From an uncultured virus (IMG/VR IMGVR_UViG_3300044653_000122) (Duplodnaviria > Heunggongvirae > Uroviricota > Caudoviricetes): a stretch of 64,000 nucleotides of DNA. Made by a program: the position numbers and the translations under genes. Of this stretch, positions 28,094 to 37,125 are shown one piece after another. The notes beneath the pieces are model-generated. The model was not told the origin of the DNA, did no database searches, and worked only from the letters and a program-made list of their open reading frames with translations. Location: IMG/VR virus record IMGVR_UViG_3300044653_000122. One strand, written 5' to 3'. Positions within the stretch are counted from its first letter, which is position 1; each line of letters begins with the position of its first letter.

Positions 28094-28837
28094 TGGCCGC
28101 CACAGCCCCCCCCCGCAGGAGTGTCCGCCGCAACTGTGACCCCCACACGAGTGGCCGCTGCTACAGGAATGACCCCCGCAGGAGTGTCCACCCCCGTGAC
28201 CTCCGCAGGAGTGGTCTGAGGTGTGGGCTCCTCCCGTATCATGGGAGGAATGCCCGGTCCCCGCATGGCTCGGTTCCGTTGAGCACCCCCACATGACCAG
28301 GTCGTAGTTTGCCGAGCACCCCGAGGAGGACGTAGTGGCTTGCTGTGTCTGTGCCTCTTGCTGCCGGCGAGCACGAGCAGCTAGCTGAGCTTCTCGAAGG
28401 GCTGTTGTGCTTACCTTCGTCTCTTTGTGTTTGATGGGGTCCTTCTCGATGTGGGGATCGTGTTGGATCAGGTGGCCAAAGATGTGGTCGCAGTCGATTG
28501 CGTACTTACGCGTGTTGAGGATGTGCTCATGCCAGAAGAGGTCCAGGTCGTTGGACCAAGGAGACACAATCTTGTCCGGGTTCTCCGCAAGGAGGATGAG
28601 AAAGTCCCGGTACTCCGCCTCCATGTTGCTGGCCTTGGCCTCGTCCCAGTTGTGACGCTTCATAATCTTCTCGCGCTCGGGACTGAGGTCAAGCTGAGCG
28701 ATGCGACGACGCTTGGTTTGGACCGGGAGATCCCGAATTCGGAGCTTCTGGGATTGTCGGTCGAGGGCAAGGACGATGCCCAGAATGATGACAACAGCCG
28801 CTAGAACAACCAGAGCGATTGCGATTTCAGGGGTCAT
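28090..28837 (-). CDS. Glycine-rich-domain (DUF1399/GRDP-like) membrane protein with a GGHSC-repeat tail; apparent frameshift in a G9 run
   Basis: N-terminal TM helix; EYRDFL, LDLFWHEHILNTRKY..DC. As written it reads on to 27998; with G8 it would end CGGGCGGH* at 28090. Confidence 0.75.
28093..28215 (-). repeat. Coding repeats (GGHSC)n
   Basis: HSCGGHGGGHSCGGHSCSSGHSCGGHSCGGHSCGGG. Confidence 0.85.
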
Positions 28838-29075
28838 GGGTACCTCATCGGTAGGGCTGCCCTAATGCCAGAAGAGTGAGTCCCCGGTGTCCGCAAAGTG
28901 ACAGGGGACCAACCGAAATCCCGGTGTAATGAAAGGGTATGGTCGAGGGCCGCCCTTGCTGGGAGAAGGAGAATGATCACCCCATTCCGATCCGGGTTGG
29001 GATGTTCCTTCGTGAGGCAGGCTTGCTCTCAACTTCAGACTGAGGAGAGTCGCACTCCTACCTGTCTTGGACCTC

Positions 29076-29231
29076 ATGGATTTCGAGTTTGACGAGAACC
29101 CTACCCCGCGCACCTTCTCGTTCGCTGACACCGAGAGCCATTTTCGTCCAACCCTCTTGGATGAAGAGGCTCGCAGTCCCCCCTCCGTGTGGGAGCTGGT
29201 CCAATCGGGGAATCTCTTCAGAGATCCATGA
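29076..29231 (+). CDS. Small protein ending near PSVWELV
   Basis: 51 aa ORF below the track cut-off; start uncertain. Confidence 0.4.
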   Translation: MDFEFDENPTPRTFSFADTESHFRPTLLDEEARSPPSVWELVQSGNLFRDP

Positions 29232-29310
29232 GTTGCGAGACCGCGCCCGGCTCTCCTCGACAATAGACGAAATCATGCGCATGAGAGCATGAGAGGTGTA
29301 GTACCCGATC

Positions 29311-29637
29311 GTGACGAAGACGGAGCTGGACGCCATTCGCGAGAAGATCGCGGGAGACCCCGAGGACTCACCCGCTCGGATGCTCCTGGCCGAAGTGGAC
29401 CGTCTAAAAGCTTCCTACGAGGCGTACGCCCGTGCTGAAGTACGGCAAAGGCTCATCTCTGAGAACTACCTCACCGAAGAAGAGGCCGAGAAGATCATCG
29501 CCCTCTTCATGAGGGGTGAAATGCCAGAGATGGGACGGGCCCGTTGTCGAGCCTGTAGCAGAACGGGGCGATCGAGAGATAGCTGTCCAAAGTGCCACGG
29601 GACCGGGACAGCCATCCAATACAAGATCCCGGCGTAG
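29311..29637 (+). CDS. Protein with a C-terminal DnaJ-type Zn finger
   Basis: CRACSRTG...CPKCHGTG; GTG 9 nt after GGTGTAG. Confidence 0.7.
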   Translation: MTKTELDAIREKIAGDPEDSPARMLLAEVDRLKASYEAYARAEVRQRLISENYLTEEEAEKIIALFMRGEMPEMGRARCRACSRTGRSRDSCPKCHGTGTAIQYKIPA

Positions 29638-29734
29638 CTACGCTGATTTCTGGATCTCGGGTGGGTGGCCGGTGTATATACCATTACGGTCCGCAGGAGG
29701 TGCAACGAGAGATTCGGGAGAAGACCGAATTTCT

Positions 29735-29760
29735 TTGATCGGAAGCACCACTCCCTGTAG
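29735..29760 (+). promoter_or_regulatory. Class-1 motif
   Basis: TTGATC-N15-TGTAG-N7-ATG. Confidence 0.85.
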
Positions 29761-29767
29761 GTGCGGC

Positions 29768-30226
29768 ATGGACCAGCTCACCATCAAGTTCCCCGGCGAT
29801 GTGGACTTCGAGAGCTTCTGGATGCGTCTCGGCGCCATCCGTCCCTCTCCGAAAGCAGAGCCCGTGCGGGCCCTGGTCAGCGTCCCGGTCGATGACAACC
29901 AGCTCGTCATCGCGGAGACCGAGATGAACGTTGCGCTCCGTCTGAGCTTCCGCGTTCCCGTCTTTGCGAAGACCGGGATGCTCAAGGCGTGGGACCTGAA
30001 GATGGTCGCCATCTCAAACGTCATCTCTGTGGCGGACTTCGCGGAGTTTTACAAGTACGACGCGAACAAGGTCGCCAAGGAGTTCATCGAGGGGGCTCGT
30101 GCGAAGCTCGTGAAGCTCCTCGGCCTCACCGAGGAGCAGAGCAAGCTTGTCGAGTTTCGTGGCCTGAGCACGTGCCGTCACCTGACCACGACCCGCGTGG
30201 ACGCGAGTGATCCGAGGTGGGTGTGA
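29768..30226 (+). CDS. Hypothetical protein (predicted leaderless)
   Basis: ATG 7 nt after the motif. Confidence 0.75.
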   Translation: MDQLTIKFPGDVDFESFWMRLGAIRPSPKAEPVRALVSVPVDDNQLVIAETEMNVALRLSFRVPVFAKTGMLKAWDLKMVAISNVISVADFAEFYKYDANKVAKEFIEGARAKLVKLLGLTEEQSKLVEFRGLSTCRHLTTTRVDASDPRWV

Positions 30227-30417
30227 ACGCCGCAATTCTCAAGCTCCTGTGCCTGCTCCCGCAGCAGGCACAGAGACAAGACGCCACTACCGAGCAGCTC
30301 CGTGACCTCGTGGTCTTTGCGAACCGGCTGGGTATGTACGACGCGGCCGACCTGCTTACCACGATGATCACCAAGGCAGACAGAAATTCTTTTGATCAGC
30401 AACCCTCTGCGCTGTAG
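30217..30417 (+). CDS. Small hypothetical protein
   Basis: QLRDLVVFANRLGMYDAAD; start may be GTG 30223. Confidence 0.55.
   Translation: MGVNAAILKLLCLLPQQAQRQDATTEQLRDLVVFANRLGMYDAADLLTTMITKADRNSFDQQPSAL
30392..30417 (+). promoter_or_regulatory. Class-1 motif
   Basis: TTGATC-N15-TGTAG-N7-ATG. Confidence 0.85.
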
Positions 30418-30424
30418 GCGGGAC

Positions 30425-30715
30425 ATGAGCAAGAACACCTTCTCCGTCAAGTCCGAGATGTACGTCAACCTCAAGCGGTCGCGCTCCGTCGACGGTCCCT
30501 GGAAGCCCACCATCGAGGAGGCCGTCTCGGCGTACGCCGAGACGGTTGTCCGCAAGGAGCTGGCCAAGCACCTCATCTGCCGGCCCTTCATCGCCGAGAA
30601 ATGCGACGAGAAGGTGGCCCCGGCTCAGGACGGCCGGGGCGTGTGCTACAAAACGAACCAGGAAGCTACGTCGACTCTCAAGACCCAGCTCGCACGCCTC
30701 GGCCTTCATGTTTGA
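30425..30715 (+). CDS. Hypothetical protein (predicted leaderless)
   Basis: ATG 7 nt after the motif; stop lies inside the next motif. Confidence 0.75.
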   Translation: MSKNTFSVKSEMYVNLKRSRSVDGPWKPTIEEAVSAYAETVVRKELAKHLICRPFIAEKCDEKVAPAQDGRGVCYKTNQEATSTLKTQLARLGLHV

Positions 30716-30737
30716 TCGGACGGGGCCTCGATTGTAG
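30712..30737 (+). promoter_or_regulatory. Class-1 motif
   Basis: TTGATC-N15-TGTAG-N7-ATG. Confidence 0.85.
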
Positions 30738-30744
30738 GAAAGCC

Positions 30745-30906
30745 ATGAGCACCACCACCATCAAGGTCCCCGCCCCGCGCCGCCGCAGCGGCCTCTTCGT
30801 GGCTCTCATCAAGCGCCACACCCGCATCACCACGATGAAGGACCGCAGAACGCCTCGCGGCGGTGCTCGCAACAAGCAGCGCGATTACCGCGAGGAGAAC
30901 TACTGA
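30745..30906 (+). CDS. Small basic protein (53 aa)
   Basis: MSTTTIKVPAPRRRSG...DRRTPRGG. Confidence 0.7.
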   Translation: MSTTTIKVPAPRRRSGLFVALIKRHTRITTMKDRRTPRGGARNKQRDYREENY

Positions 30907-30907
30907 C

Positions 30908-31213
30908 ATGGCCGAGTGGTACCTCTTCCTCGACGACCAGGCCAATGAGCCAGGGATTCCCATGCGTGCAGCACCGTCAGGATGGACGGTAGCACGGACG
31001 AGTGTTGAGGCCGTCGCTCTAGTCGAACGGCAAGGCCCTCCTCAGGCGATGTCCCTGGACCATGACTTGGGCGGAGACGACACCGTCATGCGTTTTTTGC
31101 GGTGGTTGGCCGACACGGCCACCACACCCCCGAGCTACACGGTCCACAGCGCCAACCCCGTCGGACGGGACAACATCATCTCCTTCATGGAGTCGTGGAA
31201 GCGCTCCGTTTGA
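30908..31213 (+). CDS. Cyclic-phosphate-processing receiver-domain protein
   Basis: LFLDD...GW.VART..EA, SLDHDLG, VHSANPVG. Confidence 0.8.
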   Translation: MAEWYLFLDDQANEPGIPMRAAPSGWTVARTSVEAVALVERQGPPQAMSLDHDLGGDDTVMRFLRWLADTATTPPSYTVHSANPVGRDNIISFMESWKRSV

Positions 31214-31235
31214 TCGAGGTACGGACACCCTGTAT
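31210..31235 (+). promoter_or_regulatory. Class-1 motif
   Basis: TTGATC-N15-TGTAT-N7-ATG (opens a 22 aa ORF, 31243-31311). Confidence 0.8.
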
Positions 31236-31291
31236 GAGGTCTATGAGACCTAGTGGGCCTACAAAGCCGAACTGGCCAGGAGAGATCATCC

Positions 31292-31891
31292 GTGACCCAC
31301 GAGAACCATGACACCTTCATGGCCCGGTTGAGGCCCCACTTCGCCCCAAGCGGCGTCCGCAAGATCGAGCTGGCCTACATGCTCGGCAAGTACAGCCATC
31401 GGGCTCAGACCCGCAAGGAGGTCGACGAGCACGGGGAGCCAGTTCGCTACTTCGAGCACGTCCGTCGGGCGACCCTCGTAGGGCTCGACCTTGCGAAGAT
31501 CGTTCGACTTGACACGACCATCGCCCTCATTCTCCACGACACGCTGGAGGACACCCGGCTCACCCCGGAGATCATCGAGGACTGCTTCGGGTCCGACGTG
31601 TGCGGCATCATCAAGGTGCTTTCGAAGGTCCCCAAGGAGGGCTACCTGGACCGCTTCTACGTGTCCACCGACTGGCGCCCGTACTTCGCCAAGGCCTGCG
31701 ACCGGCTCGACAACCTCCAGTCCCTCGACCAGTCCCCAGTGGAGTTCCGGCGCAAGCAGGTCACCGAGACGCGAGACAAGTACTTTCGCCTCTTCGACCG
31801 CATGGTGACCTTGACCCCGGAGGAGTACCGTGACGGGGTCCGTCGGCTCCGCGACGAAATCCACAAGGTTACCGAATCTGTTTCGGTGTAG
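31292..31891 (+). CDS. RelA/SpoT-type HD hydrolase (small alarmone hydrolase-like)
   Basis: H.AQTRK...YFEH, ILHDTLEDT, KACDRLDNL. Confidence 0.8.
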   Translation: MTHENHDTFMARLRPHFAPSGVRKIELAYMLGKYSHRAQTRKEVDEHGEPVRYFEHVRRATLVGLDLAKIVRLDTTIALILHDTLEDTRLTPEIIEDCFGSDVCGIIKVLSKVPKEGYLDRFYVSTDWRPYFAKACDRLDNLQSLDQSPVEFRRKQVTETRDKYFRLFDRMVTLTPEEYRDGVRRLRDEIHKVTESVSV

Positions 31892-31899
31892 ATACGATC

Positions 31900-32112
31900 A
31901 TGACCACCAAGTCCAAGAAGATCACGATCGACCGAAGCACCCTGGAGAAACTCCAGCAGGTCGCCGAACAGATCATGTTCGAGACGGTGTGCCCAGATCC
32001 CGGGGAGGGCGGTTGCATCGGTGGGCCCATCGAGGGTTTTGGGTGTGTCCATGAGGCCTCCCGCTACCTGTACAAGAGTATGGATCGAATCCTGCGAGAA
32101 GATGCCCGATGA
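31900..32112 (+). CDS. Small hypothetical protein
   Basis: ATG 8 nt after GGTGTAG. Confidence 0.65.
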   Translation: MTTKSKKITIDRSTLEKLQQVAEQIMFETVCPDPGEGGCIGGPIEGFGCVHEASRYLYKSMDRILREDAR

Positions 32113-33026
32113 TCCACAAGGTCGAAATCGTTGACCCGAGCGATACAATCATCAAGTGGCTCGGGAAGGTGCCAGCTCTGCAAGCACCGAGAACGTTCGA
32201 GTTCTCTCCAGGTCTGAACGTTCTGTGGGGAAGGAACGGATCTGGTAAGTCCACCCTGCTCACGCTCCTCGCTCGGATGTTTCACTGTCACCAGTCGGGC
32301 GAACCTTCCGTGACCGACGGGTCGATCCGGGAACTGTTCGGATACAGGGATGGAGAAGAGCGCCTTCTGAAAAGTGTCAAGGTGTCCCACGACGGGCAAG
32401 GCGTTCGTCACTTTGATCCGATGCTCATGCCGGGATTGATCGCAGGTGGGGCTGCGTTCGATGGCGACTTCATGATGGAGGGGGTTAACAACGCTCTCTT
32501 CAAGGGCTCGGCTGGCCAAACAACGGCTTTTCGGGCCAACAAGGTGCTGGGAGCGATCGTGAAAACCACCGTTGGCCCCCAGGTCGAGTGGAAATTTCAC
32601 CGGCGCGAATCAAACGATCCAAAAGACCTTTGGGCACAGCGCCAGAAGATGGTCGAGAAGGTGCTGGAGGCGAATGCCGCTGCTGGACCCATGACCGTCC
32701 TGCTCGACGAGCCCGAGCGGAGTTTCGATCTGCCCACCCAGGTGACACTCTGGCGCCTTCTTCGCGCTTACTCTTCCCGAGTCCAAATCATCGCGGCGTC
32801 CCACTGCGTCTTCGCTCTGAACATCCCTGAGGCGCGCTACATCGAGATGGAGCCAGGCTACCTGGATGCCTCCAAGGCGTCCGTCGGACTCCTCTCCACG
32901 TGGTCGGGGGAAAGACCCTTCCCAAAGACTCCTCAACCCGAGGAGGATAAGGGCAAGAAGGCCTCCAAGAAGACTCCGAAAGGGGCCCCGAAAGCAAAAC
33001 GTACAGGTCTACGCCAGAGAGCCTGA
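32109..33026 (+). CDS. ABC/AAA-type ATPase
   Basis: GRNGSGKST Walker A, SAGQ signature, LLDEPE Walker B, ASH. Confidence 0.85.
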   Translation: MIHKVEIVDPSDTIIKWLGKVPALQAPRTFEFSPGLNVLWGRNGSGKSTLLTLLARMFHCHQSGEPSVTDGSIRELFGYRDGEERLLKSVKVSHDGQGVRHFDPMLMPGLIAGGAAFDGDFMMEGVNNALFKGSAGQTTAFRANKVLGAIVKTTVGPQVEWKFHRRESNDPKDLWAQRQKMVEKVLEANAAAGPMTVLLDEPERSFDLPTQVTLWRLLRAYSSRVQIIAASHCVFALNIPEARYIEMEPGYLDASKASVGLLSTWSGERPFPKTPQPEEDKGKKASKKTPKGAPKAKRTGLRQRA

Positions 33027-33028
33027 CC

Positions 33029-33397
33029 ATGAATCCGCTCCTCTGGCTCGACAAGCTCGACGTCGCCAACGCCGGGTCGAAGGATGCCTGGAAGGCCTAC
33101 CAAGAGGCGGTGTTTCGGCTGGTCCCCCTCGGAGAGTACGTGACGACGAGTCCGACTGGGAAACGTAAGACGGTCCACGGGTACTACCGCACGCACCAAG
33201 ACCGTTGGAGCGAGGAGCTGTTCACCATCCCCAAGGCCCGGAACCCACAACTCGGAGATGAGATTCGTCGTCACGAGATGGCCCATCGAGAAAAGGGCTT
33301 TCTTGTTTGGGAGTTGGAGAAAGAAATCAAGGAAACCTTCGGACTGTCCGCTGCGGATCTCGTTCAAGCGGCCAAGGTTTTGGGAGTACGGAAATGA
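33029..33397 (+). CDS. Hypothetical protein
   Basis: Operon-coupled ORF. Confidence 0.65.
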   Translation: MNPLLWLDKLDVANAGSKDAWKAYQEAVFRLVPLGEYVTTSPTGKRKTVHGYYRTHQDRWSEELFTIPKARNPQLGDEIRRHEMAHREKGFLVWELEKEIKETFGLSAADLVQAAKVLGVRK

Positions 33398-34584
33398 CCC
33401 CTAAATTGAAGGCTGTGGCTGAAACGATCCTTGCAAAGATCCGCGCAGAAGAGCGGCCTGGTCTCACCATCCACACGGGGCCGATCGAGGAGATGCGCGA
33501 TAGTGATCGACCTGGTAACGTAGCGGCGAACGAGTACATCGAGCGTTGGCTGGAGGACCCCAAGCACCAGGCTAAGGCATCCATCCTCCCGACTGATCTG
33601 GAAAATGAGATCGTTGGGATCGGCGAGTGGGCCCACCCTCTCTCCTGGGCCCACTGCCAGAACGACTATGAAGCCTTCGAGCTTCAACGTCGGCTCCTCC
33701 TCGCCCAGGCAAACGAGGGCCAGCAGATCGCCAAGACCATGCTGCCGCACCTCATGGTGGCTGATGCCTTCAACGCCTTCGGTTGGCAGGGCAAGTGGTA
33801 CCACTACGGGTGCCAGTCAATCGAGATCGACGACAAGTATGCGGCCTCGCTCTGCGCGACGAAGATCGCCAAGACCGAACTGGACTACGTACGGCTTCCG
33901 TGGCCGTGCTTCATCGTCAGAGCCCCTAAGTTCCTTCAGGGGTTGCTGGTCAATGGTGAGCCCCTGCGACTCATTGTGGTCAACCACATTCAATACACAG
34001 GACGGGTCACCATCACAGGGCCCAAGGCCAAAGAGGTCGAGGGGCAAACGGTCACGAGCACCCTGGATCGGTTTTCACTGTCTCTCCTGACAGCTAACAA
34101 GTACCGCATCCTGCCCGCCCAAACGCTGTCGGAGTGGACAACCCTCCGCCCGAGAACTGGCTACGACGAGTTCCGCCTCATTGAGGTCGAGCACAGCGAG
34201 ATCGACCTTCGCCAACTGGAGATCATCGGACGACTCGTGCTCGGCGCCATCATCGCGATGAACGACGAGAAGATCCACAAGCGGCTCATGGGGTCCGGGA
34301 GAAAGCCCCTTCTCGGGAGCCCTCGCTACGGCACGAACAACCACGTTGTGCTCCACAAGATCGGCCGCCCTGTGAAGATCGACGCCCGAGACACCATCGC
34401 CAGGTACGTTAGCGGCCGGACGGCATCGGTCACCAACGTGAGAACTTTGGTCGCCGGCCACTGGAAGAACCAACCGCACGGACCAAAGTCCTCCCTCCGC
34501 CGATGGCAGCACGTGGAGTGCTACTGGCGTGGCGACGCAGACGCGCCCCTCATCATCCGTCCTCACGTCCTGACCGGGGGGTGA
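33394..34584 (+). CDS. Phage protein with C-terminal VAGHW motif (paralogue of 19261..20430)
   Basis: LVAGHWKNQPHGPK...VECYWRG..DAP; KYAASLCAT vs KYCAALTAT. Confidence 0.75.
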   Translation: MTPKLKAVAETILAKIRAEERPGLTIHTGPIEEMRDSDRPGNVAANEYIERWLEDPKHQAKASILPTDLENEIVGIGEWAHPLSWAHCQNDYEAFELQRRLLLAQANEGQQIAKTMLPHLMVADAFNAFGWQGKWYHYGCQSIEIDDKYAASLCATKIAKTELDYVRLPWPCFIVRAPKFLQGLLVNGEPLRLIVVNHIQYTGRVTITGPKAKEVEGQTVTSTLDRFSLSLLTANKYRILPAQTLSEWTTLRPRTGYDEFRLIEVEHSEIDLRQLEIIGRLVLGAIIAMNDEKIHKRLMGSGRKPLLGSPRYGTNNHVVLHKIGRPVKIDARDTIARYVSGRTASVTNVRTLVAGHWKNQPHGPKSSLRRWQHVECYWRGDADAPLIIRPHVLTGG

Positions 34585-34587
34585 AGT

Positions 34588-34836
34588 CTACTTCCAGCGG
34601 GACATCCGTTCGGGACAATCGACATGAGAGGGCACCCTTTCTCGGTCCCTGATGAACCCCTCACGCAACCCGAACGCGTGGAAACCACAGACGATGCATC
34701 TCCCAGGAAAGGAGCGCTCATAGCCTTCCATGAGACGTCGCATGGTCATCCGTTCTCGACTTCGCACGAACGCTACAAGCACAACCAAGAGAGACACGAA
34801 AAAAAGTGACGGGGCGAGGGAGATCAAAGTAACCAT
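34588..34836 (-). CDS. Small membrane protein
   Basis: N-terminal TM helix, CxxC. Confidence 0.55.
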   Translation of the reverse strand: MVTLISLAPSLFFVSLLVVLVAFVRSRERMTMRRLMEGYERSFPGRCIVCGFHAFGLREGFIRDRERVPSHVDCPERMSRWK

Positions 34837-34845
34837 GATAGGCCC

Positions 34846-35205
34846 TCAAGGCTGAGCTGCTGCCGCGCTCAGAATGGCCTGGCAGTTGTTGGTCGAGTAG
34901 TTGTCGGACTCCATGCCGGCTACGGCGGTCGAGACGGCTGCCATCACTCCAGCGACAGCAACACCAATTGCCACACCAGTTTGGGCAGTCTTGTTGGTCG
35001 TGGCTGCATCGATACCGCCTTGAACTCCCGCAGCTCCACCAAGGACCGTCCCCGTGATGACCCAGGCGTTGTGACGGTTCCGAGTCGCCTCACACGCCGC
35101 AACCTTCGCCGGGCTTGGAGGGGGGCTAGGGGCGTCACCGAGCCGAGCTTGGGGAACGCGGATGCACCCAACGAGAACCAGGGAGAGAGCCGCGAGACAC
35201 TTCAT
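34846..35205 (-). CDS. Putative lipoprotein/membrane protein
   Basis: Lipobox-like LVGC and two Gly/Ala-rich hydrophobic segments. Confidence 0.65.
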   Translation of the reverse strand: MKCLAALSLVLVGCIRVPQARLGDAPSPPPSPAKVAACEATRNRHNAWVITGTVLGGAAGVQGGIDAATTNKTAQTGVAIGVAVAGVMAAVSTAVAGMESDNYSTNNCQAILSAAAAQP

Positions 35206-35235
35206 GCTCTACCCCAAGTATCGAAACAGTAGGGC

Positions 35236-35415
35236 TCACTGCCTATGCGACCGGGACTCCCATGGAGTGTCCGTGATCTCTGGTCTTTGGGGCCTCGATC
35301 CGTAAAGAAGGTTTGCCCAGAGACGTTCGTCAAGGGTTGCCTCTCTCCGTCGACTTGCCCGCCTCACAATCCAGACAAGGAAGAGGATCCCGGTAGTGCA
35401 GGTTAGGAAGGACAT
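35236..35415 (-). CDS. Small membrane protein (59 aa, not in the ORF track)
   Basis: MSFLTCTTGILFLVWIVRRASRRR...; fills the gap in the minus-strand run. Confidence 0.5.
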   Translation of the reverse strand: MSFLTCTTGILFLVWIVRRASRRREATLDERLWANLLYGSRPQRPEITDTPWESRSHRQ

Positions 35416-35416
35416 A

Positions 35417-35710
35417 CTAGATCCTTCTCAACCGCTCCATATCCTCGTCTGCGAGTTTCTGGAGTTTCTCTTTGAGGGAGGCCGGGCTGAGGTCGGGAGG
35501 AGAGTCGCCTACTCTCCCTACGGGTACGCACTTTCGCTCAGTGCTGAGAGTACCGGGAACGACATGGAAGAGGACCAGGCCGCTCGTAGGGCCCCCGACC
35601 TTTACAAGCGCCCCACAGCTCTCGCAGTAGTAGGTCGAGATCCCCGCGGTGAGGCCTTGGACCAACGTCAACTTGTGACCAGCAGTCTCGAAGGCGTCGT
35701 AATCGAACAT
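35417..35710 (-). CDS. Hypothetical Zn-ribbon protein
   Basis: YYCESCG; TGATG coupling. Confidence 0.6.
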   Translation of the reverse strand: MFDYDAFETAGHKLTLVQGLTAGISTYYCESCGALVKVGGPTSGLVLFHVVPGTLSTERKCVPVGRVGDSPPDLSPASLKEKLQKLADEDMERLRRI

Positions 35711-36240
35711 CAGACACTCCAGTCGATGCTCAAGAAGAGCTTCACAGGGAGGAGGAACTCCACCTTCAGCTCCTTCGCGAGAGAGTTGAGAAACTCGGCG
35801 CGCACGTTGAGATTCACCAAGTCGTAGCTGTTGGGTCTGTCTCCGCCACTCCCCTCGCTGGCTTGATGTGCGAGCCGGAAACCAAGAGCCATCGCGGTGC
35901 CTTGGTGCTCGGAGGAAGTGATGCACCCGACGTAATGGATCCCCAGCTCGTTGAAGAGTTTCGGGACCCTTTTCTCGGAATAGACCCCCTCGTCCACGAG
36001 GCCATCCCAGAGATCCGTGGCGGAGTAACCTAGGCGCTTCGCCAGCGCTGCGAAGTCAGGGGTGGCACATTCCTCGACTGTGTCCTGAAATTTGCCACCA
36101 CAACTGTCGCAGAACTTCCCAGCACCTTCTTTGGGGCGGTGCCCATTAGGGCACTTGATGCCTGTGCTTCGGGTCGTGAAGAACGTTGTCTGCGTAACCT
36201 CGAAGCCGAGGACGAGGTTGGCGCTTGTGTCCGCCGACAC
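35710..36240 (-). CDS. Hypothetical protein with a Zn ribbon
   Basis: CPNGH...KFCDSCG. Confidence 0.7.
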   Translation of the reverse strand: MSADTSANLVLGFEVTQTTFFTTRSTGIKCPNGHRPKEGAGKFCDSCGGKFQDTVEECATPDFAALAKRLGYSATDLWDGLVDEGVYSEKRVPKLFNELGIHYVGCITSSEHQGTAMALGFRLAHQASEGSGGDRPNSYDLVNLNVRAEFLNSLAKELKVEFLLPVKLFLSIDWSV

Positions 36241-36243
36241 GAC

Positions 36244-37125
36244 TCAGCCCCGACCGATGACGGGCCGGTAGCGCGGATCGACGGCGGACAGGGCCAGCTC
36301 CTCGTCGATCTCGGGGAGAGAGAGAAGCTCCTGCTCGTGTCCTGGGAGAGAGATGCACAGGTGGAGGGCGAGCATTTCCTCCGGGGGCGGGACCGTCCAG
36401 TCGTGGACGCAGATGGCATGCTGCTCTTCAAGATCGAAGAGCTGACGGCCCCCGAGCTTCGACTGGAGGAGCGATGGGCGCTCCCGGTTGCCGATGAGAT
36501 AGCGGTGTCCCGAGTCGGCGCCGACGGAAATGAAACACCCGGCAGAGCGGTAGTCGGCGATCTGGTCGGGCGTGAGAAAGGTCTCCAACACACGCGAAGC
36601 ACGGATGTCGGCCTCCGGGAAAGCCGGCATGGGGCAGCCGTTGACCGGACGTGCGACGGTCGCCGCAATCGCGGTCGTGGGCTCCTTGGGGGCGTCCGCC
36701 TTGGCCTTCTTCTCGGAGACCGGGGGCGCCTCTTCCTCCTCGGCCTTCTTCGGCATGTTGGAGTGGATCTCCTCCACACGCCCGTCGGCGAACTTCACCG
36801 CGGTGAGGAGCTTGCGGCTCGGCTTGAGTGCCTTCGCCAAGAACTTGGCGACGTCCTCGATCGGCGCGTTCAGGATCACTGTGACGCCCTTGTCGCCACG
36901 GTAAGCCGCGTTCGTGAGGGGGAGGAAGTCAGCCTCCGACGCCCATGACTTGCGGAGCCGCGTCGTCGACACGGCACGCGAACGCAGGGACTCCATCGCC
37001 TTCTCTTCCGTTCCCGTGAGCTGGAAGGCGCGGAGGGCCGTCTGCGACTTGCCCTTCTTCTCCAGCTTGATGTCCCCGTGGAACGACGGGATCAGCCACA
37101 CCATCTTCGGGATCGACTCGAACAT
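36244..37125 (-). CDS. Hypothetical protein
   Basis: GGAGG SD, strong GC3 bias; CVHDW.VPP.EE motif. Confidence 0.8.
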   Translation of the reverse strand: MFESIPKMVWLIPSFHGDIKLEKKGKSQTALRAFQLTGTEEKAMESLRSRAVSTTRLRKSWASEADFLPLTNAAYRGDKGVTVILNAPIEDVAKFLAKALKPSRKLLTAVKFADGRVEEIHSNMPKKAEEEEAPPVSEKKAKADAPKEPTTAIAATVARPVNGCPMPAFPEADIRASRVLETFLTPDQIADYRSAGCFISVGADSGHRYLIGNRERPSLLQSKLGGRQLFDLEEQHAICVHDWTVPPPEEMLALHLCISLPGHEQELLSLPEIDEELALSAVDPRYRPVIGRG

